Shown here: positions 1 through 12,665 of the stretch, one piece after another
Layout: each line of letters opens with the position of its first letter
How positions within the stretch are numbered: position 1 is the first letter of the stretch
Source: Selaginella moellendorffii
Lineage: Eukaryota; Plantae; Lycopodiophyta
DNA length: 64,000 nucleotides
Direction of reading: 5' to 3'
NCBI RefSeq assembly: GCF_000143415.4
Contig: NW_003314264.1
Location: 414,774-478,773, forward strand
Translations under genes and position numbers: made by a program
The notes under the pieces: generated by a model
Database searches by the model: none
What the model saw: only the letters and a program-made list of their open reading frames with translations
What the model was told of the DNA's origin: nothing

Positions 1-136
1 CCTATAGCTACAATCCCGACTTGTAAAGTACAGTGGAACTAACGCTTACCAGCCACAAAGAAAAAAAAAAGGAGGAACCGAAAACGAGAGGCAAATCTCC
101 TCACCCCACCAAAACCGTGTTGCTGCCTTTGCTTTT

Positions 137-2863
137 CTAAGTGTTGGGAACGTAAGTGCCAATGTAGCCAAAGCCCATGATGAAGAATGCGACCGCTTGC
201 AAGTAGAGATAGATGTAGTAACGGTCGCGCCCGAACGCCAAATCGTAAGACGCGCAAAAGAAGATGTACAGGCCGACGATCAGCTCCTGGACGAACAACC
301 TGCACGTAGCACATGAAACACATGAAATCGCCGAGATATGTATGCTTGCCTTTCTCCGATCTTCTGCTTTGGTTTTTGCTTTAGTTTTGCAAACTTTATC
401 TTGAGGGCGTCCCCGAGCTTCTCCGTCACAATCCACTCGTTGACACGGCCTATGTCCAGCAACCCGGTGATCGTCGCTTTGGTTCTGTGCATGGACATGA
501 CGTTCTCAAACAGGACCCAGAAAACTAGGAAGGGGAGTGACCTGTAGGGAAGCAACGTTAAGAATCAGATGTATAAGGGGATAACACTCACTTTGGAGTT
601 GCCATGCAGTTTAGCAGCGTTATCATCGACGGAAGATAAATGGAGCCCCACTTTGGTAAGTTGACCTCGGGCACCAGCACGCATGTTGGCACCACGACGC
701 AGAAGAATATGAATGTGACAAGGTGTGCTACAATCTTCCGCACCAGAAAGAAAGAATAAAGAATGCTGAACTTCTTGAGCATGCTTACTTTCTGCGAAAT
801 CAACAACGTGCCCCAGTGGTGAGAAAGAAAAACTAAAAGCCTGCCGTTTGCGTTATGCGCGTACGTACCTTAGCAGCCAAAACCCCCGGAATCATCTTCC
901 GAAAGAGGTTAGCCGGCCCACATGACCATCTGTGCTGCTGATAACGATAGGCCTTAAATGTACTGGGAAGCTCGTTCTTCACCTGAGAAACAGAGAAACC
1001 ATATTACTTACTCTAAGCAAGGAAAAGGTACCAAACGTACCGAGAGGTCATCTAGATAAACGAACTTCCAGCCCCTGAGCCCCGCACGGACTGCCAAGTC
1101 CATGTCCTCAACCGTGGTCCGACTGTTCCACCCTCCAGCTTCACTAATGGCCGCAATGCGCCAAACTCCAGCAGTGCCTGTTGTAGCAAGCAGCAAGCGT
1201 TTCGTAAGCGTGACCCTGTAGCTAGCTTATTACCTACCATTGAATCCAAAGAAAGCATAGGTTGCGGATCCCACAGATTGCTCCACGGTAAAATGGTAAC
1301 TCAGCGACATCTCCTGCATCCGTGTCATCATGCACTCGTCGGCATTCACTGCTCCACATTGAAAGAGAGGAAAAAAAAGAAAAGAATAACGTCAATATCA
1401 GATCATTCAAGGGGCTGCCTGCTGGCCGCGCCTGAGACTGTGTGTGAGTGGTGGGAGAAAGAGAAAGAGGGGGATTCAAGCAACCCAAGGCATGCATGCA
1501 TCATGCGGCATTGTTCTTGCAGGGAGCCGATGTTAATGAGCCCTAAAAATGAGCAATTGGCGCGCAAATGCAACGCGCAAGAACTCGAGGAATCGTCGTC
1601 GTCGTCGCGTCGTCAGGGAGAGAGTAATTGAGTTGAGGGGCCGACACCCGTGCTACGTGGCCAGAATCCAGAGGACTTGACGACTGGGACGAGGCCACGT
1701 GGTGCGTGTGGCACAGACTGGCGCCACTTTATAGCCAAGGAGAAGCTTCCCGGGTGGTAAATCTCTCTTGTGCTTTACCCCTGTGCCGCGTGTCGGCGAG
1801 GCAAATCTATCTTCCCTCAAATCAAACCAGGCAGCAAAAGAGACACTACTATCTCTCGCCTCACACACAGTCCTCTCGGGTCAACTAACTAATTCCTGGA
1901 TCAAGACAACAAGACACACAAAATCAGCGGATGATCATCCCAGGGGAGAATGGAAAATGCATCGCCCAGGTAAAATCAATCAATCAATCAGCCAGCCAGC
2001 CGGGTGAGACCAACGTACCGAATTTCCAGCGGGCTTGAACGAGACCAATGTCGGCGTTGTGCACCAGGTAGGGGATGGTCCGCCACAAGAAATCGGGCTC
2101 GGGCTGGAAATCCGCGTCGAAGATGGCCACATAGTCGCAGTCCTTGACGTAGCTGCGCTTCATGCCCTCCTTGAGCGCCCCCGCCTTGTAGCCATTCCTG
2201 TTGTCCCGGATCTCATACTTGATGTTCACCCCTTTGCTCGCCCATCTCTGGCACTCGAGCTCCACCAGATTCTGCGTGTAAAACATCCAATCACATCCAT
2301 CCACATAGTTCCAAGAGGTGGAAGCTCTAGGCAAACCTTGATGGTGAGGTCGGTCGAATCGTCCAGGATTTGCACAATAATGCGGTCCGAAGGCCACGAG
2401 AGGCCACAAGCAGCGCCAATTGAGAGCTGGTACACCTGGGAGGAGAATCCAGACCAAAAAACCAAGCTAAACTTCGTTAGCCACAGCGAGAGGGTGGGCT
2501 AGGCATCGAATAGATCACCTCGCGCTCGTTGTACATGGGCACCTGGACCAGCACCATGGGATAGGCCGAATTGCCCGACTCGAGGTCGTCCTTGATGGGC
2601 TCCCACTTATACTTGTTCTCGGGCCTCTTGCCCGACAGCTTGACCAGCACCATCACCAGCGCCATGTAGAGCCGCTCCACGAAGAGCATGAGCAGCATCA
2701 CCAGGCAGATGTTGACGCCCACCTGCAATGCCGGGGCAATGTATGGCGCTCGAATCTGGAGCCACATCGCATTGATCTGGTCGATCATGCTCGGTTCCCC
2801 CTGCACGCCCTGCATTGTCTCGGGCAGCAGCCCCTCTGCCTGCGCGTGCGCAGCCTGATCCAT
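137..2863 (-). CDS. CSLA: Cellulose synthase-like A (glucomannan 4-beta-mannosyltransferase, GT2), multi-exon
   Basis: Exon peptides [57 protein letters not shown] and EWIVTEKLG. Start taken as MDQAAH (2863); an in-frame ATG also exists at 2881. Confidence 0.95.
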
Positions 2864-3547
2864 TGCGGAATGCGGATGCAAACACCAAGATGGTGTCTAG
2901 CCTCTGCTGCTGGGTGGTTAATTCTCTCTAGCCAGCAGCTACCACTAGAGAGAGGGAGCTCCCGATCTGTTGGCTTATGCAAGCTGCATTGCGGCCCAGA
3001 GAAGTACTATAGCTTGTCTGGCTCAACCCAAAATTGAGCTGAGCAGACGCGAGCGAATCGATGTTCTAGTAACTAGCTATGCTGCTATACCACCAATTCA
3101 TTCTTGGACCCCCAATCTGAATCTCAACCCCCTGCCTGGAGCCAAGGATCACGTACATTTGGCTAGCTGCTGCATGAAGAATGCAAATCCTTGGAGGGAC
3201 TTCGTCACAGTGCCCTTGGCGACGGATATTCCCGGTCCCCAACTTCGCACGCTGCGGCAGCGGCACAGATCCAGTTGCCTGACGACGGACAGCGGCCTCG
3301 GTCAGCCGGCCTTGTCGCCAAAGAGTGGAGTCGAGTCGAGTCGAGTGAGACACAAGCCAAAGGAAAGCTGATCGGGAGCTGATGAAAAGCTGCAATGTGT
3401 GAATGTGAGTGAGGGAAAGTGCTCGTCCACTCCAAATGCAAATAGTGCGTGCTAGCTAGCTAGGCCTCCCTCTCTTCTTCCTCTTCTTCTTCTTCTTTTC
3501 TTCTTTCTCCCGTGAACTTGCGATCGAAAGAAGAGGCCTAAATTTGC

Positions 3548-3590
<43 letters not shown>
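3548..3590. repeat. (AG)n microsatellite; (CT)n tract in the probable CSLA 5' leader/promoter
   Basis: Direct reading of a long AG dinucleotide run upstream of CSLA. Confidence 0.9.
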
Positions 3591-3595
<5 letters not shown>

Positions 3596-6039
3596 AGAGG
3601 GTTTGATGGAGGAAAGAGGGGTGCTGTTGTCCGTGGACGAAGAAATGTATACTAGTAGTGTGCGCAGCAGGCAGCTTTTTGGACCGAGTTGTTGTTAGCA
3701 TGGAGCAATTAATCTACATTTTTAATCCCGCCATAGTTTAACCCTCTCCCCATGGCACAAGGTTGGTGCCGGTGGCCCCATTACCAGACTTTGATAGCTC
3801 GTCGGCAACACCACCACCACTGCAGCGGAAGCACAGCAGCAGCACCAGGCCAGGCCACCACAGTTTTGACGCACTTACCTACCATTCCGGATCGAATCGC
3901 GGCAAGAGCAACATCGGGCGGGCGATCAAGGAAGAAGAGAGGAAACTATGCCAATAAATCTGGCTCGTGAGTGACCCAGAGACCCCCGGACGGAGAATCG
4001 CGATTCAGCCACTCAAATCCACAGGAAAAGAATAGCAAAGCTGGATTCAACCAGCCAAGCCGACTTAACCCAGCTGTCTTTTCTTAGTTTACAAACTTAC
4101 CAGCGTAGGATTCACCATGCATAATACATAACAAGTATTTGATCGGGCTGGACTCTACTACTTGATCAGCGCTTGCTTGGATGTCAAAGCAGGCAGGCGC
4201 AGGAGAGACGACGCTGACACTCCAACGCCATCTCGCCCAAGCGCTTTAAAACGACTCGCCCAACAAACGAACAAACGAAACCAGTCTGAGAGTGGCATGA
4301 GCCCGAGGCCCACGTTTCGTGTTCTTCCATTCTCGTACGTTCAACAACATATTACAACATATAATGCCTTGGCTCATCCTATCACAACTTCACAGCTTAC
4401 TGAAAAGTTATTATTTTTGTATTTTTGTTATTAGAAGTTTGTGTGATTGCCAGCTTGAGTGGAGATTCCCCGTGACCTACCGACGGTCGTCGTGCTTGTT
4501 GCTCGGGCTAACGATAACAAAAGTGTGGGATTTGATTACATGCTCAAATCTCTGGTTTGTTGCAACAGGCTCTTCTTTAAACCATTAGGATGGCTACAAA
4601 GAAGCAACTTTTTCTTTTCTTTCCATGGGGGGGCTCCACGCTTGAACCAATTGATATAGATGGATACATGTATACGCGCTCATCCTGTGTAGTAAAGTTG
4701 TAAAACTCTTGGTAAACTCTAGATACAGCACAGAGTACGCAGAGCTTATGTGGGGGGTTGGACTGCACTACTGTGCAAACGGGGGATCAGAGGAGGGAGA
4801 GGAGAGGAGAGGAGAGGGGGATCCATCCTTTCTTAAATGGGACGGTGGTGATGTGAAGCTTTCCCCCAACGCCTTTTAATTGGTTTGCTACCTTCAGGTA
4901 GCTTGTCATGTCATGAAGACTCCAACTCTCTCTCTCTCCGTTACAAAGGCGATGTAAGTGAGATTTTCGCAGAACCAAAGGCTCTCTGTATGCTCTTGGG
5001 ATTCATCGATCGACTCGATCACATTGTGCTTGAAAGATTGGCAAAAGTAAGCAGGTTGCAGGCCGTGGATTACTGTCGGCGAGACTTAGAGGACGGGATG
5101 CGACAACGGACACTGGCCAACAACAGCAGTCAGTTCAAAGAGCTACTTTTAGACTCGGACGTGTGTCCATGAAATCAAAACACAACAGGACCACCATGAA
5201 GCAAAGTAGCACGGGCCGTACAGATCCATTCCAACTCTCTTTGAATCAACTTGAACTCCATCAACTTGAACCACCGAGAAAAACTAGAAAATGGAAAAAC
5301 TGGTGTGAAGTCCTAAGCGTCAAGTTTCGTGTGGTCGGTTGGAACTTGAGTCGCATCTGGTGGATTTATAAATTTCGAGCCAAGTCGTCGGCTCTGACGG
5401 AGGCTCGCGGCCTACCGCTCGCTCCGTAGCACACGGCTTCCAAGTGCTTCTTTCCATTTTCTTTTGTGGTGTATTGTAGATTCGAAGTCTGGTAGGCGGT
5501 CGCGAGCTGGTGGAAGAATCGAGCCACCGATTCGGGCCCGCCTCGTTAGAAAGAAGATCCGAAGCAGCGCTAGCTACAGTGCAGCGGCAATACGGCATAC
5601 GCTCATCAGAAAGAAAGGTAGAGTATAGGCTAGATTCAAGCCGTATGTTTGTACTGTGTATGCGATGGAGACCCATAACTTAACCCCGCTCCGGAAGATT
5701 TGCTAAGTTGGCCGACAAATGTATCTATAGTGAGTCTGGTGCTGGCCAGCTAGCTAGCCTTAATACTCATGCCTGGGAACAACAGCGTACCCACAAAAAG
5801 GAAGAAAATTGCAACTTCTTCTTCTTTGCTGTTCTTTCGCGTCCTCTCTCTCTCACTCTCACTCTCGCTCTCGCACAACTGAGCACAAACACACAACTTG
5901 AGCAATCAGATCGAAAGAGAAAAGAAAAAGGCGGACCTGCAATGTTTTGTCAATGGCACCGTACCACCGACTTACGCGACACGACATAGCAGCGTTGACG
6001 GGTATCGAACTCGCCTCCTCTAGAGCTGTTGTGACGTCG

Positions 6040-7531
6040 ATGGCAAAGTGGCGGAGGGAGAGAGGAGGCGTAGGCTATGGCAGCAACAGCGCTCTCCTCT
6101 TCCTCCTCCTTGTCCCGCTGCTTATCGTCTATGGCGTGTGGATCATCGCTGCGCCGTCACTGTCCGCCGCCCCCGGCGGCGGCGCCGGCATTCCCATTCC
6201 AGGGAAGTATATGTGGTACGCGCCACACAGCGGCTTCAGCAATCAGGTAGGCGAGCTCCGGAATGCTGTGCGCGTGGCGGCCATCCTGGGCAGGATCCTC
6301 ATTCTCCCCCCCGTCACCGATCACCATGCGCTCAGCCTCGGCAGCTGCCCTAAGTTCCGGATCGTGGAGCCTCGCCACCTCAGGGTAGCTGCATTGTCCC
6401 ACTTCTCCGATCTCGTCGCGCAATCCAGGTGAGTGCTTCGCCTGTTCTTTGGATTGGAAGTGATCCACCACCTGTAGGTACTACTCCATCGCCGACGTCG
6501 TCAACATCTCGGCCGTGAGCCAGAGCTTGGTGACGACGATCGACTTTCGAGTGTTTGCTCTCCTGCGGTGTGGAGCAAATCGAGTCGAGCCGCCATGCGC
6601 AGGTACTGCCACTCCATGCCCAAGCAAGGGAGGCTTCGATCGATGCATCGCGATGCTCAACCACGCGCACTGTGTTGGCAGTGATTGCGTGCACTGCGTG
6701 GACGAGAGCTGCGCAGACACAGTGTGGACGTACGCAGCGACCAGTCCGAAACGACGTTTGCTCGAGCAGCCCGTCAAGCTCAAGACGAAGAAATTCAGCG
6801 GCGCGCGGCGAGTCAAGCGCGACATCCTCCAAAGCCTCGGTGACGGAACCGTGGCTGGCGATTCCAAGCTCTTGGTGTTTGGGAGCCTCTTCTCCGGGGA
6901 GTATCAAGGCGCTCAGACCCACGTCGATCTCAGTGCTGCGTCCGGGAACGCGGCTTTCGACCGGGTGTTCCAGGCGAGCCAACACTTTCCACTGTCGCGG
7001 GTGGTAACCGACGCTGGACGGGCTTATATCCGGAGCCGGATGAACAAGCGGGAGTTTTTCTGTGCGCAACTCCGGCTGCTAGACGGGCAGTTCAAGAATC
7101 ACTGGAGCAAGACGTTTGACAGCCTGAGATTGCGGCTGGAATCCCTTGTTCCAGACGAAGGTGGTGGCGCCATTCCGGTGTTTGTCATGACGGATTTGCC
7201 ACGCGCAAATTGGACAGGGACTTATCTGCAAGAGCTCTCGGAGCGCAGCGAGTACCAAATCTTTCGGCTCGAGGAGGGCGACGAGATTGTGCGTGACACC
7301 GCGAGGAGAGTGTTGGCGCTCAAACCTGGGAGCGATGATCCATTAAAGGTGGTGGTGATGGAGCAGCAGACGCTGGATCAAGCGCCTCACCACCAAATGC
7401 TTCCAGACATTCTTTTGTACGTGGAGGAGGCGATTTGCAGCTGTGCTTCGTTGGGCTTCCATGGCACTGCCGGTTCCACAATCTCGGAAATGATAACGCA
7501 ATTGCGAAATGCAACACCGCAGTGTTCTTGA
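6040..7531 (+). CDS. O-fucosyltransferase family protein (OFUT30-like), 2 exons
   Basis: N-terminal type II membrane anchor, motifs YAPHSGFSNQ, CAQLRLLDGQFKNHW, FVMTDLP and GTAGST. GT-AG intron at 6429-6477. Confidence 0.85.
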
Positions 7532-7663
7532 GCTCTTGAGATGCTTTTTGGCGCGCTCCTTTGAATTCCTCCCGCTCTTTTTCATGTTTTGGCGGGCAAG
7601 GAGCCAGGCATTTAGGTCCCTTCTCGTGCCGCGTTGCTTAGCAAGCACTCTTCCAGCAGGGCG

Positions 7664-10258
7664 ATGGCGGATCAAGTGACTGCTCGCGGAGTTTCTCTTT
7701 TGCTCAGCGATTCTCCTGCCACTCCCGTGGTGCTTCAGGTGTGTGATCAAATCGATTGTCTAAATCCAGTTTGTTCACTCCTCTTTGCTTTGTTTGTGAT
7801 CAGGTGTTGGATGTCAAGTCTATTGCCAACGGCCGCTACACGTACGCTTTTGCTTTGCCGCTCCACGATCTTCGGTTTGAACTTTGGGGGTTTTCTTTTG
7901 TGCAGTTGCATGCTGTCCGATGGATCTATGAAAGCGAAGGCTATGCTTCCGACCCATATGTCGGCGGAGGTAGAGGCAGGGAAGATCCAACACTTGGGGC
8001 TCATCCGTGTTCTCTCTCATGCCACCAGCGTGATTCCAAATCTGCCAAACAAGTATGCGCACATTTTGATTTTTTTCTTCTTCTTTCTTTTCTTTGCGTG
8101 ATGCTCATGCTCGTATTGTCAACCATCCAGAGCTCTGATCGTCACCGATTGCGAAGTCGTCAGTGGGGCACTGGATCGTGAGGTTGGTAGTGAATCATCA
8201 TCTTCCGCACAGAAGACCCAGTGCGATGAAAAGCCAAAGTTTCTTTCGGCACCAGTTAAGTCGGCCGCTCAGATCGTTCAAGAGGAGCACGGAAGGTAGC
8301 TCTGTCTTGTGGTACCATGTGGTTTTCATTGAATTTCTTGCGCCATGAATGCCAGAGCCGCACCAGCTGCCAGGATGGGTGTGTCGAGGAGAGTATACCC
8401 CCTGGTGTCTTTAACCCCTTACCAAGGTAGTTGGACAATCAAGGTGAGAGTTACGAGCAAAGGTCCACTGCGGACGTATCGCAATGCCAGAGGCGAGGGA
8501 AGCGTCTTCAACGTCGAATTGACAGACGAAGATGTCAGTTTTTTTTCGTCTTGCGCTTTTTCGTCCGTGACGGTTTTACTGTGGAATGCTCTCTTTCAGG
8601 GAACACAGATTCAAGCTACCATGTTCAAGGAGGCGGCTGAAAAGTTTTACCCGATGTTTGAGCTGGGAAAGGCGAGTAATTCCCCTGCTGAAAGCATGCT
8701 GACGGTGTAGCTTCTTTTCTTTATCAGGTCTACTACGTTTCGAATGGAAATCTCCGCATGGCTAACAGGCGGTTTTCCGCTGTCAAGAACGACTACGAGA
8801 TGACCTTGAATGCAAGCTCTGGGGTAGAGGAGGTGACTGAGCCTGATGGAAAGCCTGGTGTGATTCCTCTGGTTAAGTACAACTTCGTGAAGATTGAGGA
8901 CTTGGCGGCGTATGTTAACAAGAGAGAGCTTTTTGGTACGTGTGGCATGGGTGATTTGTCATTTCAAACAGCATTTTTTTTTTTCGCAGATGCTATTGGA
9001 ATAGTGCAATCGGTTTCTTCGACAATGAGTGTAAGGCGAAAGGTTGACAACACAGAATTTGCAAAGCGAGAAATCGTTCTTGTCGACCAAAGGTACTGTT
9101 CGCAGTCAAAGACAGTGTTTTGGTTGAGAGAAGTGCGATGTTTTCGATTCACAGTCAAAAAACGGTTGCCGTAAGCCTCTGGAGCAGTCTTGCAGTGGAG
9201 GACGGAGCTAAGCTGCTAGAAATGCTCCCTGATGCGCCCGTAGTAGTAATCCGATCGGTGCGTGCTAATGACTTTCAAGGTAAGCTTCGTCTTAAGCGTA
9301 TCTTTCGTAGTTCTCAAGGTTTCAGCAGGTGTATCTCTGTCGACGTCTCCCAACAGTATGGTGTGGATAAATCCCGACATTCCCGAGGCCCGAGAACTTC
9401 GATCCTGGTGAGTGGCGCACACTGTTTATCGAAGTACGAAGAAGAAGGTCCTACTCATCGAATTGGTTGTAGGTATGACGAGAGCGGGAAAGATGCAACC
9501 TTGACGTCGGTGGGTGCTGGTTTGAGTCAAAGAGCAGGCCCGACGAACGACAACCGTGCGGATATCTCAGACATCACTGCCCCATCTGTTGGCGAAGGAA
9601 AGGTAAAAGAAAAGAATGAGAATCTATGGTGCTATAATGGTGATGGATGGTGCTTTTGCCAGGCCGCATACTTCACTGTCCGCGCTTGCATCAGCTACAT
9701 CAAGCCGGATCAAACCATGTGGTACACAGCGTGCAGTACATGCAATCGCAAAGTTAGCGAGGACAGCTCTCGATTCTGGTGCGAGGCCTGTCAGCGGCAC
9801 TTCGATACAGCCAGTCGTCGGTGAGTTCCATCGTTTTTTGACTCGGGAATGTTTGACACAGCAATCTTTCCGCATGGCAGATACATAATGCTGGCCAAGC
9901 TAACTGATCATAGCGGTGATGCATGGGTTTCGTTCTTCAATGATCAAGCCGAACAGATTTTGGGCGTGAGTGCCGACGAGCTAGCCACAATCAAGTCGCA
10001 AGTAAGCATGGGACAGATGAGCTTGTCGTTCTAGAAACGCTGGTGCTGAACTTGTGGTGACAGGATGATGATCAGAGGCAGTACTCATCGCAGCTGAGCA
10101 AAGTGGTGTGGTCGTCCTACGTTTTCCGTGTCAGCGTTGCTCAGACTGAGTACCTGGGCGAGAAGCGACAGAGGATCACGATTCGTGCCGTGAACGATAC
10201 CGACTGGGCCAGTGAGTCGAGGCTTTTGTTGGCCAAGATGAAGCTAGAAAGTTCTTAG
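7664..10258 (+). CDS. RPA1: Replication protein A 70 kDa subunit (RPA70B/D-like), multi-exon
   Basis: YPLVSLTPYQGSWTIKVRVTSKG, FNVELTDED, IQATMF, C4 zinc motif ACSTCNRKV...WCEAC, DHSGDAWVSFFNDQAEQILG. Stop TAG at 10256-10258. Confidence 0.93.
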
Positions 10259-10523
10259 TTTCTCATTAATCCTTCAGAGCATCTCTTTGTACATACCATA
10301 GTTCTGTGAGAAAATCAAGCCAAAACTACAACTACACTACCACTTGCGTTTATCGAAGGATGGCTGCTGGAAAAACTTCAATCTATCTACTTATAGTGCT
10401 CCTCTGCATCGGCCAAGGTAGGAATCGTATATATCTACAACACTGGATGATGTACTACTTACTTCCCCCCTCTCAAAATTTCAATTTTCTTCTGTCCTGC
10501 GCGCTCGCTCCCGAAGCCCACAC

Positions 10524-10889
10524 TCACTTGGCAATGATCTCGAGCTGGTTGAAGAAGAGATCCAGCTCGGGCGAAGTAAAGTAGGCGGCGGCTGGCGGCA
10601 AAAACCGTCTTTGCAAGTGTGGCTTCTTGGGCGCCGGTGGGCACACGAGAGCATCCTCGGGCAACCTGTATTGCCGCGACTTGGGTGTCTTGCAGCCATC
10701 CTCGTGATCGCCCAGCTGATCGTGATGATTGCCACCGCCCGATTCTGGAATCGCTGCGCCGCTGCTGCATTTGCTGTTGCTGAAGCTGTTCCCCCCCTCA
10801 CTGCGTAGCCTCCTCACAAACTCCTCGTCCCACGACTTCTGGCGATAGACGGTGGACACTGGAGCACAGCCCGATGGAATAGGCGCCAT
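10524..10889 (-). CDS. SMR: SIAMESE-RELATED cyclin-dependent kinase inhibitor
   Basis: The three SMR motifs are present in order: GCKTP, CPPAPKKP and YFTSPELDLFF. Confidence 0.85.
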   Translation of the reverse strand: MAPIPSGCAPVSTVYRQKSWDEEFVRRLRSEGGNSFSNSKCSSGAAIPESGGGNHHDQLGDHEDGCKTPKSRQYRLPEDALVCPPAPKKPHLQRRFLPPAAAYFTSPELDLFFNQLEIIAK

Positions 10890-11348
10890 ACTCTTCCTCG
10901 CTCGCTGCCCTAGCGGTCGCTATCCGAGTGCTCGATACCTGGATGGAATGGAGCTCTTGTCGGCGACTGCTGCCCGAGAGAGAGACACTTGAAAAGCTTT
11001 GCCGCCCTCGCAAAAAGCTTCGAGAAGAATCCCCACCGCTCAAGAGGGGGGGTTTTAAAGAGGACACCGCGCGCAAGGCCTTTCGAGCTCGACCGCTGGA
11101 TGGCTGCCACCTGGTGCCGGTTTGACGGCCACGGCGCGGCAAACGTGTCGGTGGGCCGACAGAGCGCCGCCGTGGTGCTTCTGGGATCTTTCGAATGGCT
11201 GAGAAATCGGGATTTTGAAATGATCAGCGGCTGGTTTTGGCGGGACGCCGCTGGATCGCCGCCACGTGGCAAAATGATCACCAGATTTTTGTTTCTAGTG
11301 TTTTTGATTTATTCCAAGTGGGCGCCGCGCCTCAGTCGATCAATGACA

Positions 11349-12383
11349 TCAAAAAATCAAACCAGAGGCACTGTTTTGGGCGGCCAAGGTGGTGTTAAAA
11401 TTGGAGCAAGTGGTCTGGTAGAAGAAGAGGATTCCGGTGAATCCAAACCGCTGCTTCTCCAGATCCAAGCGCACCAGATTGTGCATCTGCTGGAACGTTC
11501 CAACCACAGAAAGACCAGGCGATGATGAGCCGGCGTCCACAAACGCGAGGCAGGCCACCGTGGAATCTTTCAAAAACACCATGGTGTTGGCGCCAAACAG
11601 CGTCCACGTGGCGTTTCCCTCCAGCTGGAGCTCCACTGGCGGCACGGGGGGCCCCACGCGCGTGGACCCGAGCCCACTCGCGTTAAAGCACGTGTCAAAC
11701 GGGGCAACGGGCGCGACGCGCGGGACGGTCAAATTGCGGAAGGCGTCGCGGATCGCCACGTAGGCAGGTGTGACGAGGCGGGTGTACGGCACCGTGCTGC
11801 TCAGCGCCCAGGCGGCGGGCTTGACCGCCGGGAGCCGTTGACCATTGACCCTGACCGAGTTGACCCGGATGGCGTAGCTATGGCGGGCGGGCGGGGAGAC
11901 GAGAGGGGTGTACTGCAGCAGCGGAGAGATGGGGCGCTTGTTGGGCATGAAGTTGATGTCCTGCGCGCCGAAGAAGATCGGCGAGGATCCCTGCTGGGAG
12001 AGACAATAGGTGACGATCTTCTTGTTCCGGGGTGACAATCGAGCTGGAAGCGCCTGGCTCCCTCTCCCCAGCGCAGCCACTGGTGACCCGCATTTGAATG
12101 GGACCCCGGGGATTGTCACGGGACCAGTGGGATTGGAGCCATCGGTGGCGTTGAGACTAACCTGGTACGAGGATCTGGGAGAGGGGCCGCAGTTGATGGA
12201 GGACACGCGAGCGTCCAGATCGAGCTGCAGCAGCTGGGTTTTGGGTGGAGTGCCGATGCGCAGCGACAACCTGGTGCCGATGAGCTCGCCCACCAGCGGA
12301 CGAGATCCGGGCGTGGCAGCAGCCGCGAGAGAGCACAAGAGCATGCAACACAAGGCGACAGGAAATTTATTAGCCATCTTCAT
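11349..12383 (-). CDS. Secreted xylanase-inhibitor / EDGP / basic 7S globulin-like pepsin-fold protein (non-catalytic), single exon
   Basis: Signal peptide, LDL in place of DTG, LQYTPL, LSSTVPYT, VAPVAPFDTCF, GSTRVGPPVP, CLAFVD, TTCSNFN. Confidence 0.9.
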   Translation of the reverse strand: MKMANKFPVALCCMLLCSLAAAATPGSRPLVGELIGTRLSLRIGTPPKTQLLQLDLDARVSSINCGPSPRSSYQVSLNATDGSNPTGPVTIPGVPFKCGSPVAALGRGSQALPARLSPRNKKIVTYCLSQQGSSPIFFGAQDINFMPNKRPISPLLQYTPLVSPPARHSYAIRVNSVRVNGQRLPAVKPAAWALSSTVPYTRLVTPAYVAIRDAFRNLTVPRVAPVAPFDTCFNASGLGSTRVGPPVPPVELQLEGNATWTLFGANTMVFLKDSTVACLAFVDAGSSSPGLSVVGTFQQMHNLVRLDLEKQRFGFTGILFFYQTTCSNFNTTLAAQNSASGLIF

Positions 12384-12665
12384 CTTCTCCAAGAGCCAGC
12401 AGTAGAAAGAAACGTTGCAGTCTGTATATATCACATCTCAGATCTCCACACGTGACACGATGACATTTATCGAGATGGCGACCAGTCTACGTAACGTGCC
12501 GGATTTTGACACTGCAAGGCCACGATTGCGATGGAATTGTCAAATAGCTCCGACTTGATAACATAAGCTGTGCAGCGAGTACAAAATGCGAATATGCTGT
12601 GTTGTGTGCCTGCAACCTCAGCTCTTGGGTGACAAAATGGAAAGAAACCGGATTCTTCTTTCTCG

